32,000 nucleotides of DNA, taken from an uncultured Erysipelotrichaceae bacterium. Its GTDB lineage: Bacteria > Bacillota_I > Bacilli_A > Erysipelotrichales > Erysipelotrichaceae. The position numbers and the translations under genes are program-made. The DNA is taken from NCBI GenBank assembly GCA_942493105.1, contig OW818668.1, forward strand, positions 1,410,001-1,442,000, written 5' to 3'. Positions 25,171-32,000 of the stretch are shown piece by piece; the stretch's first letter is position 1, and the number at the start of each line of letters is the position of its first letter. The notes below the pieces were generated by a model. That model was not told where the DNA came from. It worked only from the letters and a program-made list of their open reading frames with translations, and made no database searches.

Positions 25171-26133
25171 ATGATCAAAAGAATTGGTGTATTGACTTCA
25201 GGTGGTGACTCACCAGGCATGAATGCTGCCATCAGAGCGATCGTGAGATCGGCTTTGGCGCGTGGTTTAGAAGTGGTCGCCATTGAAGATGGTTATAAAG
25301 GCATGGTTGAAGGACGGATGTGGCAAATGAACACGCGAAGTGTCAGTGACATCATTCTAAGAGGCGGGACGATATTGGGAACCGCTCGCTTACCTGAATT
25401 CAAGGATCGTGCTGTCAGAGCAGCTGCCATTCGCAACCTTGAAGAAAACGGCGTGGAAGCCGTGGTGGTCATCGGTGGTGATGGAACCTATCGCGGTGCA
25501 CAAGCATTGACCGATATGGGCATCAACTGTATCGGATTACCTGGAACCATCGATAATGATGTGTCCTCCAGCGATTATACGATTGGTTTTGATACGGCCC
25601 TTAATACGGTCATTCAAAACATAGATAAATTAAGAGATACTTCTTCTTCGCATCATCGTTGCTCCGTGGTCGAAGTCATGGGCAATCGCTGTGGTGACTT
25701 GGCAGTTTTCGCAGGTATCAGCTGTGGTGCCGAAATGATCATTACCCCTGAAAGAGGCTATGATGAAGCAGCCGTTATCGCTAAACTGAAATATTTTGAT
25801 GAAGTACGTAAGAAACGGCATGCGATCGTTGTGATCAGTGAAAAGATCACGGACGTCAATGCCTTAGCCAATAAAATCAGTGAATCAACCAGTTTCTCAG
25901 GTCGTGCAACGGTTTTGGGTCACATCCAGCGTGGTGGATCCCCCACGGCATTTGATCGTGTCTTAGCGACCAGAATGGGCGATAAGGCGGTTGAATTGTT
26001 GGTTAATGGCATTGGTGGTCATTGTGTCGGCATGCTTAAAAACGAAATTGTATCCATGCCTATCGCAGAGGCTTTGGCATTGCCTAGAAGATCAAGAGAA
26101 GATTTGCTTGCCTTGCATGAAAGGCTGATCTAA
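25171..26133 (+). CDS. pfkA: ATP-dependent 6-phosphofructokinase
   Basis: 320 aa with GVLTSGGDSPGMNAAIR, IGGDGTY, PGTIDND and MGNRCGDLA. Confidence 0.95.
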   Translation: MIKRIGVLTSGGDSPGMNAAIRAIVRSALARGLEVVAIEDGYKGMVEGRMWQMNTRSVSDIILRGGTILGTARLPEFKDRAVRAAAIRNLEENGVEAVVVIGGDGTYRGAQALTDMGINCIGLPGTIDNDVSSSDYTIGFDTALNTVIQNIDKLRDTSSSHHRCSVVEVMGNRCGDLAVFAGISCGAEMIITPERGYDEAAVIAKLKYFDEVRKKRHAIVVISEKITDVNALANKISESTSFSGRATVLGHIQRGGSPTAFDRVLATRMGDKAVELLVNGIGGHCVGMLKNEIVSMPIAEALALPRRSREDLLALHERLI

Positions 26134-26142
26134 GGAGGTCAC

Positions 26143-27567
26143 ATGAATAAGATCCGAAAAACTAAGATTATATGTACACTGGGTCCTGCCAGTCAGACAA
26201 GAGAGATGATTGTCAGTCTTGCGGAAGCTGGAATGAACATCGTTCGCTTGAATTTCTCACACGGGGATCATAACGACCATGGCGAAAGAATCCGTTTGGT
26301 CAACGATGTCAATGATGTATCCGGCTACAATTTAGCCATCATGTTGGACACCAAAGGTCCAGAAATTCGTTGTGGAGAGATGGAAAACGGGATCCTTACC
26401 TTTAAAAAAGGGGATTTGGTGAAAGTAGTCCGTGAAGTCGTCATTGGAAACAATGAACGTTTCCATGTCGATTGTGCTGAAATGTATGAAGATGTCAAAC
26501 CAGGAAATTATCTGTTGATCGATGATGGAAAAATGAGATTGACTGTTCTTGAAGTCAAAGATGGTGAATTAAGCTGCAGAATAGAAAATTCAGGTGTCAT
26601 CAAAACGAAAAAAGGGGTCAACGTACCTAACGTTACCTTATCGATGCCTTTTATCTCAGAGAAAGACGATGCTGATTTAAGATTTGGATGTAAGATGGAT
26701 GTTGATTTTATCGCAGCAAGTTTTGTCAGACGTCCTGCGGATGTCTTGGCGATTCGTAAGATCTTGCTTGCCGAAGGTAAACCAAAGATTCAAATCATCG
26801 CTAAAATTGAAAATCAAGAAGGCTATGATAATCTGGAATCGATCTTAGAAGTTGCAGATGGGGTCATGGTCGCAAGAGGCGATTTGGGTGTTGAAGTATC
26901 TACCCAACTGGTTCCAATCTATCAAAAGAAAATGATCAAGATGGCCAATGAAATGGGTAAACCAGTCATTACTGCGACCCATATGCTTGAATCCATGATG
27001 GCCAATCCGCGTCCTACCAGAGCTGAAGCCTCAGATGTTGCCAATGCTGTACTGGATGGCTCAGATGCGATCATGTTGTCTGGTGAAACAGCGGCTGGTG
27101 AATATCCTTTAGAAGCCGTCAGAACGATGGATATCATCGCTACGGCCATGGAAGAAATCTTACCTTATCGCGAAAGATTGGATTTAGCCATCAAATCATC
27201 CCGCAAAACCATTCAAGATGCGATTGGGATCTCAGTCGCTGACTCTGCTTTACAGCTGGATGAAGTCAAAGCCATCATTGCGTTTACCCAAGGCGGATCA
27301 ACCGCAAAACGTATTTCTAAATTCAGACCTTCTGTTCCAATATTCGCGGTGACTTTTACAAAATCAGTTCAACGCAAACTTAATTTATACTGGGGTGTTA
27401 TCCCTGTCTTCTCAGACATTCAAAACAGTATGACCAATGATGATGAATTAGCCAGCATCATCGCCAAAGACAATGGGTTTAGAGCAGGTGACTTCGTGAT
27501 CATCACAGCTGGTTATCCAACCGGTGAAGGCACCGCAAACATGATGAAAATCGTCGAGGTAAAATAA
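26143..27567 (+). CDS. pyk: Pyruvate kinase (no C-terminal PEP-utiliser extension)
   Basis: 474 aa with KIICTLGPAS, NFSHG, MLDTKGPEIR and MVARGDLGVE. AAGGAGG SD. Confidence 0.95.
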   Translation: MNKIRKTKIICTLGPASQTREMIVSLAEAGMNIVRLNFSHGDHNDHGERIRLVNDVNDVSGYNLAIMLDTKGPEIRCGEMENGILTFKKGDLVKVVREVVIGNNERFHVDCAEMYEDVKPGNYLLIDDGKMRLTVLEVKDGELSCRIENSGVIKTKKGVNVPNVTLSMPFISEKDDADLRFGCKMDVDFIAASFVRRPADVLAIRKILLAEGKPKIQIIAKIENQEGYDNLESILEVADGVMVARGDLGVEVSTQLVPIYQKKMIKMANEMGKPVITATHMLESMMANPRPTRAEASDVANAVLDGSDAIMLSGETAAGEYPLEAVRTMDIIATAMEEILPYRERLDLAIKSSRKTIQDAIGISVADSALQLDEVKAIIAFTQGGSTAKRISKFRPSVPIFAVTFTKSVQRKLNLYWGVIPVFSDIQNSMTNDDELASIIAKDNGFRAGDFVIITAGYPTGEGTANMMKIVEVK

Positions 27568-27569
27568 AC

Positions 27570-28469
27570 ATGAAAACAGTGATCGGCATCGATTTAGGCG
27601 GCACCAACGTTCGCGTCGCCAAAGTAACCGTTGATGGGAAGATCCTTCAAGAATTCAAAAGCCCATCGTATGCTCAAGAAGGACCTGAAAAGGTCACTTC
27701 AAACATCATTTCATTGATCAAAAAAATTGATGGGATCAAAGATTGTGTCGGAATCGGCATTGGGGTTCCAGGTCCTGTCGATACGATCGCCAACATCATG
27801 AAAATGTCGACCAATCTAAAAGGATTTACCAATTATCCATTAGGTGACATCTTAGAGAAAGAATTTGGCATCCCGTGTTATTTAGACAATGATGCGAATG
27901 TTGCCGGTTTGGCTGAAGCATTATTAGGTGCAGGCCGTGGTGAAAAAGTTGTTTATTTCATTACCCATTCCACAGGAATCGGAGGAGCTTTGGTCGTAGG
28001 TGGTCAAGTTATTTCCGGTAAGAATGGTTATGCCGGTGAAGTTGGAAACATCATCGTGACCCGTGAAGGTGAAAAAATCAATCATCTCAATGTTGGAGCC
28101 GTTGAAAATCTGGCTTCAGGTTTGGCTTTAATCAAAGCAGCTCAAACCAAAATCGATCCTAAGATCGACTCTGCTTATGAACTATTTAAACTCGCTAAGG
28201 AAAACCATCCGGTTGCCTTAGAAATCATCGATAGAATGGCCTTTGATTTTGCGTCGATGTGCTCTGCGATTGGACATGTCGTTGACCCAGCTGTCTTTGT
28301 GATTGGGGGAGGCGTTAGCCAATCTCATGAACAATATTTCCCGCTGATCAAGAAATATTATCAAGGTTTAGTGCATACAGGTATGAGAGATGTTGAGTTC
28401 AAACTTGCTGAATTGGATGAACCGGGAATCTTAGGCGCTGCAATGCTGCCAATATCCCACGGCAAATAA
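27570..28469 (+). CDS. ROK-family sugar kinase (glucokinase-like) lacking the Zn-binding Cys/His motif
   Basis: 299 aa with GIDLGGTN, DNDANVAGLAE, STGIGGA and GYAGEVGN. In place of GH..C.CG..GC.E it reads GNIIVTREGEKINHLNVGAVEN. Confidence 0.8.
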   Translation: MKTVIGIDLGGTNVRVAKVTVDGKILQEFKSPSYAQEGPEKVTSNIISLIKKIDGIKDCVGIGIGVPGPVDTIANIMKMSTNLKGFTNYPLGDILEKEFGIPCYLDNDANVAGLAEALLGAGRGEKVVYFITHSTGIGGALVVGGQVISGKNGYAGEVGNIIVTREGEKINHLNVGAVENLASGLALIKAAQTKIDPKIDSAYELFKLAKENHPVALEIIDRMAFDFASMCSAIGHVVDPAVFVIGGGVSQSHEQYFPLIKKYYQGLVHTGMRDVEFKLAELDEPGILGAAMLPISHGK

Positions 28470-28477
28470 AGGAGAAT

Positions 28478-29716
28478 ATGATGCCCAGTCAAAGAATGTT
28501 GAAGAAGTATGCCAAGCTTGCGGTTTGTGTCGGTGCGAATGTCAGAAAAGGTCAGCCTTTACTCATTTCAGCTTCCGTTGAAACCAAAGATTTCGTTCGT
28601 TTATGTGTTGAAGAAGGCTATAAAGCAGGGGCTTCGATGGTTTCAGTCCGCTGGTTGGATCAAATGGTTTCCCATACGACCTTCAAATATGCCAGTATCG
28701 ATGTGTTGACCGAAGTACCAAATTATTTGATCGATCAAATGAAATTCTATATCGATAAAGGTTATGCCGCCATCAGTATTTCAGCGGACACCCCAGGGGT
28801 TATGGCCGATATCGATCCCATCAAGCTTCAAAAAGCTGGAATGGCGACCGGAAAAGCTCTGAAATTTTACAGTGAACACATGATGGGCAACAGAACCCAA
28901 TGGTGTGTCGTTTCAGTGCCTACAGAAGGTTGGGCCAAGAAAGTATTCCCCAATGAGCGTCCAAACAAAGCCGTTGAGAAACTGTGGGATGCGATCTTAA
29001 GTGCAGTCAGAATCACCAAAGACAACGATCCGGTCAAAGAATGGAAAGCGCATAATGAGATTTTGCATAAACACAACAACATGCTTAATCAATACAACTT
29101 CAAAGCCCTTAAGTTCAAAAATGGTTTAGGGACTGATTTGACGGTTGGTTTGGTCAAAAATCATGTATGGGCCGGCGGTAATGAAAAATCAACCAAAGGC
29201 ATCGTCTTTAATCCCAATATGCCTACAGAAGAAAGCTTTACAATGCCTGAGAAGAAAGGCGTCGATGGGAAAGTTGTCGCGACCAAACCATTGAATTATA
29301 ACGGTTCTTTGATTGAAGATTTCTGGTTGACGTTCAAAGATGGAAAAGTCGTTGATTTTGATGCGAGAACATCTAAAGAAGCACTATCGACCTTGGTCAA
29401 TTATGATGAAGGATCCTGCTACTTAGGTGAAGTTGCGCTGATTTCTCATGATTCACCGATTTCTAACTCCAACATCTTATTCTTCAATACCTTATTTGAT
29501 GAGAATGCATCTTGTCACTTAGCGTTAGGCCGTGCTTATCCAATGAATGTCAAAGGGGGCACATCAATGACCCAGGAACAATTGGATGCGGCAGGTGCCA
29601 ATAATTCGATGACCCACAATGATTTCATGTTTGGCTCAGCCGATATGTCGATCACCGGCATTACGCAAGATGATCATGAAGTCGTCGTCTTTAAAAACGG
29701 AAATTTCGTCTTTTAA
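28478..29716 (+). CDS. pepS: M29-family aminopeptidase (PepS/AmpS type)
   Basis: 412 aa. The N-terminus LKKYAKLAVCVGANVRKGQPL and the C-terminus FDENASCHLALGRAYP..NNSMTHNDFMFG are typical of M29 family members. The second ATG at 28481 has better SD spacing (AAAGGAG at 28468-28474). Confidence 0.85.
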   Translation: MMPSQRMLKKYAKLAVCVGANVRKGQPLLISASVETKDFVRLCVEEGYKAGASMVSVRWLDQMVSHTTFKYASIDVLTEVPNYLIDQMKFYIDKGYAAISISADTPGVMADIDPIKLQKAGMATGKALKFYSEHMMGNRTQWCVVSVPTEGWAKKVFPNERPNKAVEKLWDAILSAVRITKDNDPVKEWKAHNEILHKHNNMLNQYNFKALKFKNGLGTDLTVGLVKNHVWAGGNEKSTKGIVFNPNMPTEESFTMPEKKGVDGKVVATKPLNYNGSLIEDFWLTFKDGKVVDFDARTSKEALSTLVNYDEGSCYLGEVALISHDSPISNSNILFFNTLFDENASCHLALGRAYPMNVKGGTSMTQEQLDAAGANNSMTHNDFMFGSADMSITGITQDDHEVVVFKNGNFVF

Positions 29717-29745
29717 TTGACAAGTTTTCGCTTTAGCCTTACACT
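29717..29745 (+). promoter_or_regulatory. Candidate promoter for the thrS leader
   Basis: TTGACA (29717-29722), a 17-nt spacer, then TACACT (29740-29745). Confidence 0.4.
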
Positions 29746-29751
29746 TATTTC

Positions 29752-29951
29752 ATAAACCAACAACACAGAATAACAGACTTTTCCGCCAATAGAGAGAAAG
29801 CGCAGGGTGAAAGCTTTCATAAGGATCATGTCTTACCATCTGTGAGGGAACTTTGAAAAGTTACGTGACTCTGCGTTAATGAGTTGAGCGCATAAAAGTG
29901 CGAAATCAAGGTGGTACCACGAGACACTCGTCCTTATGACGGGTGTTTTTT
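29752..29951 (+). promoter_or_regulatory. T-box riboswitch leader (threonine specifier)
   Basis: AGAGAGA element (29791-29797). Candidate specifier ACC followed by A (29835-29838). F-box-like GCGTTA (29873-29878). T-box sequence AATCAAGGTGGTACCACGAG (29904-29923). Terminator stem CACTCGTC (29925-29932) / GACGGGTG (29938-29945) followed by T6. Confidence 0.85.
29925..29951 (+). terminator. T-box attenuator terminator
   Basis: 8-bp stem (one G-U pair), loop CTTAT, then TTTTTT. The 5' arm overlaps the 3' end of the T-box/antiterminator sequence. Confidence 0.8.
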
Positions 29952-29968
29952 ATTTAAAAGGAGGATCT

Positions 29969-31702
29969 ATGATCAACATCAAAGAAGATGAAAAACTCAG
30001 TGTATTGAATCATTCTGCAGCCCACATGATGGCTCAGGCCATTAAACGGCTTTATCCACAGGCTTTGTTTTGGGTTGGACCAGTCATTACCGAAGGCTTC
30101 TATTACGACATCGATTTAGGGGATGCGATCATCAATGATGAAGCATTGGTTAAGATCGAAGCTGAAATGAAAAAGATCGCGAAAGACGGGAAGCGAATCG
30201 TTCGTGAAGAACTCACCAAAGCAGAAGCATTGGAGAAGTTCAAAGATGATCCGTATAAGTTGGATCTCATCTCAAACATGGAAGAAGGATCCATTATCTC
30301 AACCTATCGTCAAGATGAGTTCGTTGACTTATGTCGCGGACCGCATGCGAACACAACAAAAGAACTGAAGTTTTTTAAACTGTTGAAAGTTTCGGGAGCC
30401 TATTGGAAAGGCGATGCCAACAATAAGATGCTTCAAAGAGTTTATGGGATCTGCTTTGACAGTCAAGAAGCTTTGGATGCCCACTTACATTTACTGGAAG
30501 AAGCCAAAAAACGCGATCATAAAAAATTGGGTAAAGAACTCGATCTCTTTATGATGAGCGAATATGGACCTGGTTTTCCATTTTGGTTACCCAATGGGAT
30601 GATCCTAAGAAACATCCTAGAAAACTTCTGGTATGAAGAACATACGAAGGAAGGCTATGAGTTCATTAAGACGCCAATCATGTTGAATCAAGATCTCTGG
30701 GAAGTTTCAGGTCACTGGTTCAACTATCGTGAAAACATGTATGTTTCGGAAATCGATGATCATAAATTTGCAATCAAGCCGATGAATTGTCCAGGTGGTA
30801 TTTTAGTCTATAAAAATAGTTTGCATTCCTACAAAGATCTGCCGATTCGTACTGGAGAATTGGGTCTGGTTCATCGCCATGAAGCTTCTGGTGCCCTCAA
30901 CGGCCTATTTAGAGTCAGAACTTTTACTCAAGATGATGCCCATATCTACATGCGTCCAGATCAGATTGAAAGTGAAGTCGTACGTCTCATCAACTTCTTT
31001 GATCGTTTCTATAAACTGTTTAATTTACAGTATACGATCGAATTATCGACGCGTCCTGAGTCCAAATACATTGGATCGATCGAAGTATGGGATGCCTCTG
31101 AATTGGCTCTACAGAAAGCCTGTGAAGCTGCAGGTAAGTCCTTTAAAATCAATCCAGGAGATGGCGCATTCTACGGACCTAAACTGGATTTCCACATCAG
31201 TGATTCTTTAGGTCGTGAATGGCAATGCGGTACGATCCAATTGGACATGAACTTACCTGAACGTTTTGACATGACCTATATCGATTCAGATGGCGAAAAG
31301 AAACGCCCAGTCATGTTGCACAGAGTAATTTTTGGTTCAGTTGAACGCTTCATTGGCATCTTGATTGAACATTATGCAGGAGCCTTCCCATTATGGTTGG
31401 CACCGGTTCAAATTGCGATCTTAGGGGTCAACGGGGAACTTCATGATGATTATTGTGAAGCTCTGAAATTAAAGCTGTCTGCCCTCAAGTTTAGAGCCAT
31501 CGTCGATAATCGTAATGAAAAACTGGGTTATCGTATGCGTGATGCCCAAATGAAAAAGATCCCGATCCAATTGGTCATAGGGGATGGAGAATTAGCTTCT
31601 AATTCAGTCAATGTCAGAAGATATGGTAAAAATGAATCGGTATCGATGTCGATCGATGCCTTTATCGAAAGCATTCAAATAGAGCAGGCCAGCAAACAAT
31701 GA
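29969..31702 (+). CDS. thrS: Threonine--tRNA ligase (short form without N-terminal TGS domain)
   Basis: The start is ATG 29969, with AAAGGAGGA 4 nt upstream. The track start at 29936 lies inside the attenuator. 577 aa beginning at the editing/second additional domain (LNHSAAHMMAQA). Class II core HRHEASGALNGLFRVRTFTQDDAHIY. Anticodon-binding C-terminus. Confidence 0.95.
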   Translation: MINIKEDEKLSVLNHSAAHMMAQAIKRLYPQALFWVGPVITEGFYYDIDLGDAIINDEALVKIEAEMKKIAKDGKRIVREELTKAEALEKFKDDPYKLDLISNMEEGSIISTYRQDEFVDLCRGPHANTTKELKFFKLLKVSGAYWKGDANNKMLQRVYGICFDSQEALDAHLHLLEEAKKRDHKKLGKELDLFMMSEYGPGFPFWLPNGMILRNILENFWYEEHTKEGYEFIKTPIMLNQDLWEVSGHWFNYRENMYVSEIDDHKFAIKPMNCPGGILVYKNSLHSYKDLPIRTGELGLVHRHEASGALNGLFRVRTFTQDDAHIYMRPDQIESEVVRLINFFDRFYKLFNLQYTIELSTRPESKYIGSIEVWDASELALQKACEAAGKSFKINPGDGAFYGPKLDFHISDSLGREWQCGTIQLDMNLPERFDMTYIDSDGEKKRPVMLHRVIFGSVERFIGILIEHYAGAFPLWLAPVQIAILGVNGELHDDYCEALKLKLSALKFRAIVDNRNEKLGYRMRDAQMKKIPIQLVIGDGELASNSVNVRRYGKNESVSMSIDAFIESIQIEQASKQ

Positions 31703-32000
31703 AGAAACTAATCTTATTGTTGGTCCTTGTTTTAAGCTTGACTGCTTGTGTTCCAGCTAAAAAGGTTCCTTTCACTTGGCTTGCCCCAAAAGGAGCACCA
31801 TCGGTTGCCTTGATCCCCATTTTAAAAGCTGATTTTGATCAAGTGGAATCTGTGGATGGAACGGATATCCTTTCCGCTGCTTTGATTCAAGGCAGTAAAG
31901 ACATCATCATTGCCCCCATCAATTTGGGATCCAAACTGATCCAAGCTGGAAATGCGAATTATAAACTTATAGCCGTAGTGACTTGGGGCAACCTGTATAT
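31699..32000 (+). CDS. Substrate-binding-protein-like lipoprotein, 5' part only (runs off the right edge)
   Basis: Not in the ORF track (no stop in the window). The ATG overlaps the thrS stop (ATGA). Translation: MKKLILLLVLVLSLTACVPAKKVPFTWLAPKGAPSVALIPIL..DIIIAPINLGSKLIQAGNANYKLIAVVTWGNLY. It has a lipobox LTAC, and the pattern resembles type-2 periplasmic-binding-fold ABC components. Confidence 0.6.
   Translation, partial: MKKLILLLVLVLSLTACVPAKKVPFTWLAPKGAPSVALIPILKADFDQVESVDGTDILSAALIQGSKDIIIAPINLGSKLIQAGNANYKLIAVVTWGNLY

Noticed and set aside
29690-29716. Weak hairpin ACGGA-AAT-TTCGT plus CTTTT at the end of pepS as a terminator
   Set aside because: The stem is only 5 bp including a G-U pair and lies inside coding sequence. 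This is too weak to call.
29936-29968. N-terminal extension of thrS (MTGVFYLKGGS)
   Set aside because: It lies within the T-box terminator stem and T-run. A strong SD precedes the in-frame ATG at 29969.
1-32000. Mollicutes genetic code (TGA = Trp)
   Set aside because: TGA terminates several well-defined genes (radC, mutM, thrS, the 41-codon ORF) at positions consistent with homologue lengths, and Trp is encoded by TGG throughout.
1-32000. CRISPR arrays, IS elements/transposases, integrases, prophage or known defence-system genes, tRNA/rRNA genes
   Set aside because: I saw no direct-repeat arrays or terminal inverted repeats. No recombinase, nuclease or defence-type ORFs were recognised. Apart from the GT2/CotH divergent control region (574-660), the micro-ORF region (15580-15994) and the T-box leader, the intergenic regions are too short to hold RNA genes.

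Overview
This 32-kb window looks like a low-GC (about 40%) Bacillota or Mollicutes-related chromosome using the standard genetic code: TGA acts as a stop and Trp is TGG. Most of it is a core housekeeping backbone on the + strand: tig-lon-engB, radC-mreC-mreD, polA-mutM-coaE-dnaB(DnaD-type)-dnaI, pfkA-pyk-glucokinase-M29 aminopeptidase, and a Thr T-box leader followed by thrS. Two regions are not housekeeping. (1) At the left end (1-4931) a GT2 glycosyltransferase is divergent from a tightly coupled operon. That operon encodes a membrane-anchored CotH-type atypical kinase with three lamin-tail domains, a soluble VTC/TTM polyphosphate-polymerase-like protein, and a polytopic DUF4956 membrane protein. 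As far as I know this module has not been characterised experimentally, and it is my best candidate for a new system (cell-surface polyphosphate or phosphorylation machinery). (2) Between engB and radC (9977-15994) lies an accessory patch: a 565-aa protein with a divergent PEPCK/HprK-superfamily kinase core, two divergent Cof-type HAD phosphatases that appear to be leaderless, a membrane metallophosphoesterase, a GPH sugar symporter, and two tiny ORFs. Other observations: GATC is clearly over-represented by hand count; mreCD has no adjacent mreB; an orphan ZnuA-fold lipoprotein has lost its metal ligands; the ROK kinase lacks the Zn motif; and ThrRS lacks the TGS domain. I recognised no rRNA, tRNA, CRISPR array, IS element or prophage. 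All family calls rest on motif recognition by eye, with no searches run.
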